Source: Candidatus Cloacimonadales bacterium (GTDB lineage: Bacteria; Cloacimonadota; Cloacimonadia; Cloacimonadales; DAONDQ01). From it: a stretch of DNA of 64,000 nt. Shown here in pieces: positions 9,399 to 19,300 of this stretch. A program made the position numbers and the translations under genes. The notes under the pieces were generated by a model that saw only the letters and a list, made by a program, of their open reading frames with translations, made no database searches and was not told where the DNA came from. Location: NCBI GenBank assembly GCA_963662275.1, contig OY759316.1, positions 928,001 through 992,000 of the forward strand, read 5' to 3'. Each line of letters opens with the position of its first letter. Within the stretch, counting starts at the first letter, position 1.

Positions 9399-10607
9399 AT
9401 GAATAACAAATTTGCCTCGATAGAACAAGCGATTGATGATATTCGTAACGGTAAGATAATCTTGGTGGTTGATGATGAAAATCGTGAGAATGAAGGTGAT
9501 TTTTTAACAGCAGCAGATCTCATTACACCTGAGAAGATCAATTTTATGATTACCTATGGCAAGGGTCTGGTTTGTGTGCCTATGCAAGCGGAGAGATTGG
9601 AAGCCTTAAATATCTCCCTGATGACAGATGATATCACCGAAAGACATGGTACAAAATTCACAATTTCTGTAGATGCAAAAAAAGGTACTACTACCGGTAT
9701 TTCTGCCAAAGATAGGTCATTAACCATTAAAAAGCTTGCAGATCCAACGAGTACACAAGCTGACTTTATGAAACCGGGTCATATATTTCCTTTAATTGCA
9801 GAAAAAGGTGGTGTTTTAAGACGTGCCGGACATACGGAAGCAACTATTGACCTGGTTACTATGGCTGGTTTGAATCCTATCGGAGTCATCTGTGAAGTCA
9901 TCAAGGATGATGGTGAAATGGCACGATTATCGGAGTTAGAAGAAATTGCAGATAAATTCGATATTCATATCATTTCCATTGAGCAATTGATTCAATTTAG
10001 GCAGCATAGGGAGAAATTAGTAGAAATGGTAACCGAAGCTGAGCTTCCTACAGAATTTGGAGAATTCAAAATTTATACTTATCAAAGCAAAGTATCAGAT
10101 GAATTCCACATTGCTTTAGTATTAGGAGATATCCGGAAGCAGGAGAGTGTCTTGGTTCGGGTTCATTCGGAATGTTTGACAGGTGATGCCTTGTTTTCAC
10201 GCAGATGTGATTGTGGTTCTCAGTTATATTGTTCTTTTGAAATGATTTCGGATGAAGGAGTGGGTGTCATTCTTTATATGAAGCAAGAGGGCAGAGGCAT
10301 TGGTTTGCTAAATAAGATACGTGCTTATCATCTCCAGGATCATGGTCGGGATACCGTACAGGCAAATCTGGAATTGGGTTTATCCGAAGACCTGCGCGAT
10401 TATGGTATTGGTGCCCAAATATTGAAAGATTTGGGACTGCATAAGATCAGACTGCTGACTAATAATCCCAAGAAGATTGTCGGTTTGCAAGGTTATGGAC
10501 TGGAAATTGTGGGAAGAGTTCCCATAGAAATAGAACCGAATGACGTAAATCGTTTCTACCTTGAAACCAAGAAGAAAAAAATGGGGCATATACTTGATGA
10601 AGTATAA
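9399..10607 (+). CDS. ribBA: Bifunctional DHBP synthase / GTP cyclohydrolase II
   Basis: [46 protein letters not shown]. Confidence 0.96.
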   Translation: MNNKFASIEQAIDDIRNGKIILVVDDENRENEGDFLTAADLITPEKINFMITYGKGLVCVPMQAERLEALNISLMTDDITERHGTKFTISVDAKKGTTTGISAKDRSLTIKKLADPTSTQADFMKPGHIFPLIAEKGGVLRRAGHTEATIDLVTMAGLNPIGVICEVIKDDGEMARLSELEEIADKFDIHIISIEQLIQFRQHREKLVEMVTEAELPTEFGEFKIYTYQSKVSDEFHIALVLGDIRKQESVLVRVHSECLTGDALFSRRCDCGSQLYCSFEMISDEGVGVILYMKQEGRGIGLLNKIRAYHLQDHGRDTVQANLELGLSEDLRDYGIGAQILKDLGLHKIRLLTNNPKKIVGLQGYGLEIVGRVPIEIEPNDVNRFYLETKKKKMGHILDEV

Positions 10608-11343
10608 AATCATATTTCTTTTGTTATTTGTAAGCTGTTTCTTATATTTATCAGCAGCAGATTTTCCCAAACCAACAGGTTGGGTAAATGACTTTTCAGG
10701 TAAGCTTTCTACCCAATTGATTGATGACCTAACAAGTAAGATAACTGAATTAAAAGAAAAGACGAATGTAGAAATTGCCGTGGCAATTCTACCTGATATT
10801 GGCGGTAGAGATTATAATGAAGCTGCTGTTAAATTATTCAGGGAATGGGGCGTTGGGAATAAGGACAATGAAGGCGTTCTTATCTTAGTTGCAGTCCAGG
10901 AACGAAAAATCAAGATTGAAGTAGGCTATGGCTCTGAAGGCTATGTTACAGATCTTATTTCCAACCAGGTCTACCAGTTAGTTGCTCAAAGCCTGAGCAC
11001 AGGTGCTTATGATACAGGGATATCGAATGGAGTTAATGCTTTGCTTTCAGTGATAGCAACTGAAAAAGGAGTATCTCTTGAAGGTGTATCAGCATACAAC
11101 GCAAATCAGGGAAAAGATAGAACCAGAAACTCCAAGTATGGTTCAATCCTTTTATTAATTATTTTTATTTTTCTCATGATCATTACTCGGGGAAGAATCC
11201 TCATCTGGTTACTGCTATTCTCCAACTTTGGAGGTGGCGGACGTCGAGGTGGTGGTTTTGGTGACGGAAGCGGAGGTTTTGGTGGCTTCGGTGGATTTGG
11301 TGGAGGCAGCTCTGGTGGCGGTGGTGCAGGAGGAGGTTTCTAA
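10597..11343 (+). CDS. TPM-domain (YgcG-like) membrane protein with Gly-rich tail
   Basis: Signal peptide, WVND, WGVG...NEGVLILVA...[29 protein letters not shown] tail; ATG at 10597 preferred over the track start. Confidence 0.88.
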   Translation: MKYKIIFLLLFVSCFLYLSAADFPKPTGWVNDFSGKLSTQLIDDLTSKITELKEKTNVEIAVAILPDIGGRDYNEAAVKLFREWGVGNKDNEGVLILVAVQERKIKIEVGYGSEGYVTDLISNQVYQLVAQSLSTGAYDTGISNGVNALLSVIATEKGVSLEGVSAYNANQGKDRTRNSKYGSILLLIIFIFLMIITRGRILIWLLLFSNFGGGGRRGGGFGDGSGGFGGFGGFGGGSSGGGGAGGGF

Positions 11344-11933
11344 TGACTTTTCTGTTTATTTTTTTAAAAGGATTGCTTTTCATCGTTTGCAACATGTTGG
11401 TTGCATTTATCCTAGTTTATGCATTTAAAATGATTCTCTTCAGACCTAAACCCATTAAATTCTTTGGGAAGAAAATTCCAATAACGCAAGGTTATCTTGT
11501 TCGGAAGAGAAATTGGGTGTTTTACAAACTGAGATTACTGTTGAATGATTATCTTCACCAAGCCCAGGATGAATCTTATCCTGATGGCTATCTGAAACGA
11601 TGGGAGCAGAACATTCATGATGCTGTCATGGATAAGATCATTAGCATGGGAGAATTGAACTTCCTTCCCCGCAAGTGGCGGGATAAACTATCAAATCTCA
11701 TTGCCAATGCTGTTTTAAATCTTGTGAAGCAGTTCTTACATAAATTTGTCCCTTTTGTCATTTCAACATATCATCTGCATTCTTATATTGATCTCCTGGA
11801 TAAAAAGCTTGATATTGATATTCTGATTCATTATTTCAATAGATTTATTTATAAGCCTGTATTGTATATATTCTTGGCGATCTCATTCCTGATTGGTTTA
11901 GGAAATATGATTCTCTTCTGGATACTTGCATGA
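11343..11933 (+). CDS. Hypothetical membrane protein (possibly DUF445-like)
   Basis: Terminal TM segments, MILFRP...IPITQG motif, translationally coupled on both sides. Confidence 0.6.
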   Translation: MTFLFIFLKGLLFIVCNMLVAFILVYAFKMILFRPKPIKFFGKKIPITQGYLVRKRNWVFYKLRLLLNDYLHQAQDESYPDGYLKRWEQNIHDAVMDKIISMGELNFLPRKWRDKLSNLIANAVLNLVKQFLHKFVPFVISTYHLHSYIDLLDKKLDIDILIHYFNRFIYKPVLYIFLAISFLIGLGNMILFWILA

Positions 11934-13338
11934 TAATAGAATAAACATGAGTGTCGTAAGAGATTTAACGAAAGGACCAATTCTATCTGAATTATTGTAC
12001 CTTTCTTTCCCGATCATGCTCACGATGTTCATCCAGATGATGTATAATTTTACGGATATGATCTGGATCGGCAGGCTTGGCAGCGGACCTGTTGCTGCAG
12101 TTGGCACAGCAGGATTCTTTCTCTGGTTTTGTAATGCTATCATGTACACCACTAAAACCGGTGCGGAAGTGGGAGTATCTCAATCTGCAGGTAAAAAAGA
12201 TATAGAAGGAGAAAAAGCCTTTTCTCGAAATTCAGTACGGCTTGCTTTCTATCTTGCAGTATTCTTTGGAATTTGTCTTTATGTCTTTGCAAAGCCATTG
12301 CTGGGTTTCTTTCATCTCGGATTATCAGAGAACGGTTATAATGCTACAACAAATGGGATCAAGTATTTAAGGATTGTATCGACAGGTACGATCTTCCTTT
12401 TTCTCAATCCTACATTTTCAGGCATATTTAATGCCCTTGGTAATAGCAAACTGCCTTTTCAATATAATGTGACTGGACTGATTATCAATGCAGTTCTCGA
12501 TCCTCTTCTCATTTATGGTATTGGTCCTTTTCCCCGTTTAGAGGTCGGTGGGGCAGCTATTGCTACCGTATTTGCTCAATTTGTTGTGTTTATTCTTTTC
12601 TATTTGCGATTTCATGGTAAGAAATCACCTTTACATTTTGGTTTCTTCATAGGTAGATTGCAAAAAAAGTATGTTCGTACCATACTCAAGTTTGGAAGTC
12701 CTGTAGCGATTCAGAGTGCACTTTTTGCTTTCATAGCCATGATCATAGCTCGCATTCTTTCTTCATGGGGTCCTATACCTATTGCTGTGCAACGGGTAGG
12801 TTCACAAATCGAAGCAATTTCTTGGATGACTGCCGGTGGATTTGCAACTGCTTTATCAGCCTTTACAGGTCAGAATTATGGAGCAAGTGAATATAAACGA
12901 ATTCGTAAGGGATACATGGCTGCCATGGGCGTTATGGGAATTGTTGGATTATTAGCTAGTATTGCGCTCATCGTGTTCCCAAGATTTATCTTCCATATCT
13001 TCATCCAGGAAGAACAGACAGTGAAACTGGGGATTGATTATCTGCGTATCCTGGGCTATTCACAGCTTTTCATGTGCATTGAAATCACTTCTGGTGGTGC
13101 TTTCAACGGTTTAGGTAAAGCTTATATCCCTGCCATTGTCAGCATTTCATTGAATACTCTCAGAATACCATTAGCGATAATTCTTTCAGCAAAAACCTTA
13201 CTGGGCTTGAATGGCATTTGGTGGAGCGTGAGTTCCACCAGTATCGTGAAAGGTGTTCTGCTATTTGTGTGGTTTGGTATCTTCTTGAAAGCATTTACGT
13301 TGAGAAAGCAGAGAAGCGCAGTACATCTTTCCTGCTGA
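11926..13338 (+). CDS. MATE family efflux transporter
   Basis: DLTKGPI, DMIWIGRLG, NAVLDPLLIYG, GAAIATV, GQNYGA; ~12 TM; true start may be 11947. Confidence 0.92.
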   Translation: MHDNRINMSVVRDLTKGPILSELLYLSFPIMLTMFIQMMYNFTDMIWIGRLGSGPVAAVGTAGFFLWFCNAIMYTTKTGAEVGVSQSAGKKDIEGEKAFSRNSVRLAFYLAVFFGICLYVFAKPLLGFFHLGLSENGYNATTNGIKYLRIVSTGTIFLFLNPTFSGIFNALGNSKLPFQYNVTGLIINAVLDPLLIYGIGPFPRLEVGGAAIATVFAQFVVFILFYLRFHGKKSPLHFGFFIGRLQKKYVRTILKFGSPVAIQSALFAFIAMIIARILSSWGPIPIAVQRVGSQIEAISWMTAGGFATALSAFTGQNYGASEYKRIRKGYMAAMGVMGIVGLLASIALIVFPRFIFHIFIQEEQTVKLGIDYLRILGYSQLFMCIEITSGGAFNGLGKAYIPAIVSISLNTLRIPLAIILSAKTLLGLNGIWWSVSSTSIVKGVLLFVWFGIFLKAFTLRKQRSAVHLSC

Positions 13339-13356
13339 TCTGTGTTTTCATGAAAA

Positions 13357-13575
13357 GTAGGGGACCGCGTCAGCAGACCCATTTTCTTTTCATAAGTACT
13401 TCGACCTTCGCGCTTTCAGGAAAGGTTCTGCTGACGCAGACCCATTTTCTTTTCATAAGTACTTCGACCTTCGCGCTTTCAGGAAAGGGTCTGCTGACGC
13501 GGACCTATTTTCTTTTCATAAGTACTTCGACCTTCGCGCTTTCAGGAAAGGGTCTGCTGACGCGGACCCCTACTT
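13357..13575. repeat. REPIN-like element: inverted GTAG-type palindromes enclosing three tandem 63-bp copies
   Basis: AGTAGGGGACCGCGTCAGCAGACCC (13357) is inverted to GGGTCTGCTGACGCGGACCCCTACT (to 13574); units start at 13381, 13444, 13507. Confidence 0.9.
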
Positions 13576-15323
13576 GGATAAAACTGGTTCATTAAGTCAA
13601 GTTTGTGCAATTTATGAAGAGCTTCCATTACATATTTTTTATTATCCGGCATAAACCACTGAGCAAGAGCTTTTTGCAATCTGATTTCACGTCCTTTAGG
13701 TACATGCATAGGTTTCCCTGTATCCCAATCCAGTCCGGTATAATACATGCACGTGCTTAAAGTCATCGGAGTTGGCGTAAATTCCTGTATCTGTTCCAGT
13801 CGAATCTCATGATTCATGAGATAGAGAGCCAGATCAAGTCCTTCTTTCAGTCCAGAACCCGGATGCCCCACGATGATATAGGGAATCACCACTTGGTTCT
13901 TATTTTGCTTCTTAGCAGCTTGATGGAACTTTTCACAAAACGACTCATATACAGAGATATCAGGCTTACCCATAGCTTTCAGAACATCCGGATGACTATG
14001 CTCAGGTGCAAGTTTTAGGTGTCCGCCCACATAAGAGGAAGCTAAATCGGCGATATACTCATCTTCAGATAAGGAAAGATCAAAGCGGATTCCGGATGCA
14101 ATGAAAAGATGCTTCACATGTGGATTGGATTTGGCTGCAAGAATCATATTCTGTTGGGCTGTGTGATTCTTATTCAACAAAGAGCAGATATCGGGGTAAA
14201 GACAGGAGTCACGTTTGCAGCTTCGTTCTATGTGCTTCGTACAATACATCCCATACATATTGGCAGACGGACCGCCAACATCACTCACCGTTCCCTTAAA
14301 GTAAGCGTGCTTAGAAATTCCATCAATTTCATGAAGAATTGAGTTCTTTGATCGTGACTGTATTTGTTTTCCCTGGTGATAACCTATCGTACAGAATCGA
14401 CAACTGCCAAAACAACCCCGATGGGAAGTAATCGAATCACATATCTGGACAAATGCCGGTATCTTAGCTTTACCATAGGATGGATGAGGTTTTCTTAGGA
14501 AAGGAAGTGCGTAGATTGTATCTATCTCCATTTCTGTAAGGGGTTCTGGAGGAGGATTGTGTTTCAGGAAACGACCGGCAAAAGGTTGATAGATAGCTTT
14601 TTGCTGATAGTTTTCATGAAAGAGCTTAGACATTTCATAGAATCCAACGGGTTCGATCACACTATCTAGAGGCGGTAATAAAATTGAAACGTCACTATCT
14701 ATTTCTTTAACTGTTATGACTGTTCCGGCTATATTAGATAACTCGCTGCACTTTTTACCTGCATCAAGTCCATAGGCTATCTCATGAATCGGTTTTTCCC
14801 CCATGCCATAGACAAGAATATCAGCTTTTGAATCGAGAAGTATGGAATTACGAACCTTGTCTGACCAATAGTCATAATGAGGTATACGTCTCATGGATGC
14901 TTCTATTCCACCTAGTATTACAGGGACTGATTTGAATAGTCTTTTCAGTATCTGAGTATAGATAATATCAGCTCTATCCGGACGAAGTCCCATTTTTCCA
15001 TCGGGTGAATAGGCATCATGGGATCTGATCTTTTTTTGAGCTGTGTAATGGTTGATCATCGAATCCATATTACCGGATGTTACGCCAAAGAATAGGCGAG
15101 GAGTACCACATTTCTGAAAATCAGTGTCTGATTTCCAATCAGGTTGCGCAATTACTCCAACTTTCAAGCCTAAAGATTCCAAATATCTGCCAATGATGGC
15201 AGTTCCAAAGCTTGGATGATCCACATAGGCATCACCGGAAACAAGTATAATATCGCATTGTTTCCAACCAAGCTGTTTCATTTCATCAGCGTTCATGGGT
15301 AAAAAGCAAGTGCTAGTTTTCAT
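13542..15323 (-). CDS. ygiQ: YgiQ-family radical SAM protein
   Basis: GDAYVDHPSFG, GNMDSMINHYT, GGIEASMRR, HRGCFGSCRFC, DVGGPSANMY, LKLAPEH, FTPTPMT. Confidence 0.93.
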   Translation of the reverse strand: MKTSTCFLPMNADEMKQLGWKQCDIILVSGDAYVDHPSFGTAIIGRYLESLGLKVGVIAQPDWKSDTDFQKCGTPRLFFGVTSGNMDSMINHYTAQKKIRSHDAYSPDGKMGLRPDRADIIYTQILKRLFKSVPVILGGIEASMRRIPHYDYWSDKVRNSILLDSKADILVYGMGEKPIHEIAYGLDAGKKCSELSNIAGTVITVKEIDSDVSILLPPLDSVIEPVGFYEMSKLFHENYQQKAIYQPFAGRFLKHNPPPEPLTEMEIDTIYALPFLRKPHPSYGKAKIPAFVQICDSITSHRGCFGSCRFCTIGYHQGKQIQSRSKNSILHEIDGISKHAYFKGTVSDVGGPSANMYGMYCTKHIERSCKRDSCLYPDICSLLNKNHTAQQNMILAAKSNPHVKHLFIASGIRFDLSLSEDEYIADLASSYVGGHLKLAPEHSHPDVLKAMGKPDISVYESFCEKFHQAAKKQNKNQVVIPYIIVGHPGSGLKEGLDLALYLMNHEIRLEQIQEFTPTPMTLSTCMYYTGLDWDTGKPMHVPKGREIRLQKALAQWFMPDNKKYVMEALHKLHKLDLMNQFYPSRGPRQQTLS

Positions 15324-15346
15324 ATATGATACCTAAATTGGATAAT

Positions 15347-15378
15347 AAAAAAAGGTAAAGAAAAAACTCTTTACCTTT
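15347..15378 (-). terminator. Intrinsic terminator downstream of cold-shock gene
   Basis: AAAGGTAAAGA/TCTTTACCTTT stem with A-run on the plus strand (U-run on minus). Confidence 0.6.
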
Positions 15379-15397
15379 CAAAATTTTATCTAACAAA

Positions 15398-15619
15398 TTA
15401 ATTCTGATTTGGTATCCTCATTACGTTGATGGCTTGTACACCTTTATCGGTTTGTAATAAATCGAATTGAACTTCTTCATCCTGTTCGAGTACTTTCAGA
15501 TCCATGGGTGAACTTGTTACGATTGATTTCCAATGAACAAAGTATTCCAAATTATCATCTGTAACTATGAACCCATAACCTTTGTTGGTATTAAACCATT
15601 TAACTGTTCCTTTCATCAT
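15398..15619 (-). CDS. Cold-shock domain protein
   Basis: KGTVKWFN..KGYGFI...YFVHW RNP motifs, KGVQAINV; GAGG RBS before ATG at 15619/15616. Confidence 0.92.
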   Translation of the reverse strand: MMKGTVKWFNTNKGYGFIVTDDNLEYFVHWKSIVTSSPMDLKVLEQDEEVQFDLLQTDKGVQAINVMRIPNQN

Positions 15620-15706
15620 ACCTCTTCTTTTTTCTGATCTCTGATTAATCATATATGTCAATTTTGTTATACTACTTACTTCGTCAATATAATACTTGGA
15701 ACTTAA

Positions 15707-15782
15707 GTAGAGACGCCCAGGTTGGGCATCTTCACATGCCTGTGTTGGTTTTTTTCTAGACGCCCAGGTTGGGCGTCTCTAC
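15707..15782. repeat. Pair of GTAG-type REP palindromes (GTAGAGACGCCC-N-GGGCGTCTCTAC family)
   Basis: Copies at 15707-15735 and 15756-15782; further members at 21442, 33270, 57248, 62295. Confidence 0.8.
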
Positions 15783-15802
15783 TCCTATTAATTGACACCA
15801 AG

Positions 15803-15900
15803 TTCATTCCTGTTTCAATCCTGTTTCATTCCTGTTTCATTCCTGTTTCATTCCTGTTTGGAGAAATTGGAATGAGACTGGTTTGGACTTGGTTTGGACT
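15803..15900. repeat. 11-bp tandem repeat (ATTCCTGTTTC) followed by degenerate complementary arm
   Basis: About five copies, then GAAATTGGAATGAGACTGGTTTGG...; a similar arrangement is at 36717-36836. Confidence 0.8.
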
Positions 15901-15986
15901 TGCTATTATTTTGGTAGAAATAAGGGGGAATCAGAGAGACCCCCCTATACTTCGACTTCGCTCCCTTCTCAAGGGGGGGATTGCAT

Positions 15987-16154
15987 CTGTACGCTGTACG
16001 CTGTACCCTGTACGCTGTACGCTGTACGCTGTATCCTGTACCCTGTACGCTGTACCCTGTACGCTGTACGCTGTACGCTGTACCCTGTACGCTGTACGCT
16101 GTACCCTGTACGCTGTACGCTGTACTCTGTACCCTGTACCCTGTACGCTGTACG
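15987..16154. repeat. Heptamer tandem repeat (CTGTACG/CTGTACC) x24
   Basis: 168 bp of 7-bp periodicity upstream of the giant surface-protein gene. Confidence 0.95.
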
Positions 16155-16326
16155 CTATTTTTTACTGAGATAAGAAAAAAAATTATTGACACACTAACAA
16201 GCAAAACCGAAAATCAGTAATCAGTAGTTGACCCAGCGAAATATTCTTGAAATGATGTGATAGATAATGATTTACTCTACATATCATAAATAGAGACAAA
16301 AAAAACTCAAAGAAAGAGGGGGTACA

Positions 16327-19300
16327 ATGAAACGCAACGCTTTAGTTTTTCTAATTCTCATGCTTCTTATCTCCATTTCAGCATGGGCTGACCAAGTAAT
16401 CATTGGTACAGGAGTATTAACCCAACGACAACCTCTAGGCTGTTATTGGGGTTATGAACGTTCTGCTTCCATTTATACTTCGGCAGAGATTGGCACAACA
16501 GGAGATATATCAATTTTAGAATGGTATCCGACAGTAGCACAAACTGTCACTGTCCCTGTAAAAGTATATTTAATGACCACAACAGCATCAACTTTGACTG
16601 CTGATACTTGGGCAAATGCGATTGCCGGTGCAACATTGGTTTATAATGGCAATTTTTCTAACCCAGGAACCACTTGGTTTCCTATCAACTTAACAACTCC
16701 TTTTAGTTATGGTGGAGGAGCGAATAATTTAATCGTGCTGGTGGAAACCAATTATGGCGGAACTGGTGTTTCACCTTCCACTTCTTCTTCATGTGCATAT
16801 TCAACTGCAACTAGCCAAAATGAATATTGGTATGCGGACAATAATCCACCACTTACTTCGGGAGCTGTGAGTGCAACCCGACCCAATATTCGTATTACAA
16901 TTTCAAATCCCATTCCAATGACATTTACTTCTTGCACGACTTCACAAAATACTACCGCTGTCTGGGCTGGAGATACACAACAGCAGGTCATTGGGATACA
17001 AGTCGTCATGACAGGTTCACTCACGCCACTGAATTTGACGCAATTTACATTGAAAGCAACCGGAACTACATCTGTTTCCGAAATTTCCAATGCAAAGATT
17101 TTCTACACAGGTGCAAATTCCACTTTCTCGGCAACAAGCCAATTCGGTTCAACTGTAGCAGCACCGACCCTAGCGAATTACACAGTAAGCGGAACTCAAA
17201 CACTAGGATCGGGAAACAACTATTTTTGGCTGACTTATGATGTTTCAGCCTCATCTGTTTCTGGTCATGTTATTGATGCTGAATGCCCATCCTTGACGAT
17301 CGACGGTGTGGCACATGTACCAACGATTACAGCACCAACAGGCAGTAGAACCATTAATGTGCCTCTCACCGGAACCAAGACTGTCGGTACGGGTATGACT
17401 TATACTACGATGACAGCAGCAATTAACGCTCTGAATACACTCGGGGTAGGGGCTGGCGGTGTAATATTTAGTCTGACATCGGGAGCCATATTTACTGAAG
17501 ACTTACCTGTTATTACTGCAACCGGTGCTGCTGACAGAACGATCCTCTTCACAACATCTGCTGCCGGTCATGCCACCATTAAGCCTACTTTTACTTCGGG
17601 TGGAGGCAGTGATGCGGGTATTGCCATCAATGGCGGTGATTACATCACATTCAATGGTATTGATGTTATCATTGTATCAGGCGGTAATGCAGTTGAATAT
17701 GGTTACTACTTGTATGGCGGTGCTCAGCATTGTACAATACAAAATACAACGATTACCTTATTGGAAACGAATACGAGTACTAAAGCAATTTATTCCTATT
17801 CAACAGCGACAACTGCCGCAACAGCGAATAGCTATAACCACTTCTATAACATTACATCAACTCATACATATAACGGTGTTTATCTTTCCGGCTCTTCAAC
17901 ATCCGGTGCAGAAGACACAGATAATGAAGTGGGAATATCAGGAGGAACTACTTCGATTGGAACAATCGGCTCCTCAACAGCGTCAACATCAGTATATGGT
18001 ATCTATGCATATTATCAGAAGAATGCCAAGATTTTCAATTTGACTGTTATTACTGCAGCATCAACAACAGGTTCAATTTATGGTATCTATACTTCTGGAT
18101 CTGCGAGCACTATCGACATCTATAATTGTCAAATACGCGCATTAGCCAGTACTTCTTCCGGGTATGTATATGGTATCTATGTTACAAGCGGAACCACTGC
18201 GAATATTTACTCGAATACTCTTCGTACACTTTCTAGTGCGGGTGCTTCTGTTTATGGAATATATACATACGGTGGAACGACAAACAATATCTACAAAAAT
18301 TATGTTTATGACGTAACATATTCAGGAACTGGTTCCTACAGTGCCAATGGTATCTATCTGGCTGGTGGTTCAACAAACAATGTATATAACAATATGATCA
18401 GGACTATCAATGCGGTCGCCAGTACTGCAACACCTGGTTCTGCTGGTATATATCTGAGTTCCGGAACCACTGAAAATATCTACTACAACAGTATTCTACT
18501 CAGCGAAACAGGAACTGTCGCAAGTACGTTTTCTGCTGCTTTATATGCTTCTTCAACACCAACAACCATAGACATGCGTAATAATAGTTTTGTTAACAAA
18601 TCTACAACAGGTACCAGCAGCACTGGAAGAGCTGTAGCATTTTGGAAGAGTACAGCAAGCTATACGAATATCGCTGCGGTAACCAATAACAATGCGTATT
18701 ATGCAGGAACACCGAGTGCCACAAATCCTATCCATTATGATGGAACAAATACTTATAATACGCTTGCCTTATATAAAGCTGCAATCGCAACTAAGGATCA
18801 ATCATCCATTACAGAAAATGTTCCTTACATTAGTACAACGAACCTGCATCTCTCCGCTTCTACAGCAACTCAGCTTGAAAGTGGCGGAATACCAATAACG
18901 ACCCCAATTGCTATCACTGGTGATTATGATGGTGATACTGGCGTGGATCATCTCAGGTCAGCAACAACTCCTGATATTGGTGCTGATGAAGGTGTCTTTG
19001 TCATTAACGATCTAAATCCTCCCACAATTTCCTATACAGCTTTGGTAAATACATCCTCTGCAAGTTCACGTACACTGAGTGCTGTATCGATAGTTGATCC
19101 ATCTAATGTGAACGTAACTGCAGGAACTAAACCAAGGATTTACTTTAAGAAGAAAACAGATGCAAATGCATTCGGTGTTGCAAATAATTCAACAGGGGAT
19201 GGCTGGAAGTGGACTGAAACTGCAGGAGGAGCTACCCCATTCGACTTGATTATTGATGTTATAAAGTTACGGAGTGTACCTGTGGGTGGTGATTCAATCC

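Noticed and set aside
13381..13569. Possible CRISPR array
   Set aside because: The three 63-bp units are essentially identical throughout, so there are no unique spacers, and no cas genes are present
13218..13595. 125-aa ORF with repeated THFLFISTSTFALSGK
   Set aside because: By-product of the 63-bp tandem repeat; overlaps the MATE and ygiQ ends
15722..16220. Four overlapping ORFs with CTLYAVR/YSVQRT repeats
   Set aside because: Translations of the stop-free 7-mer and 11-mer arrays; no RBS or protein-like composition
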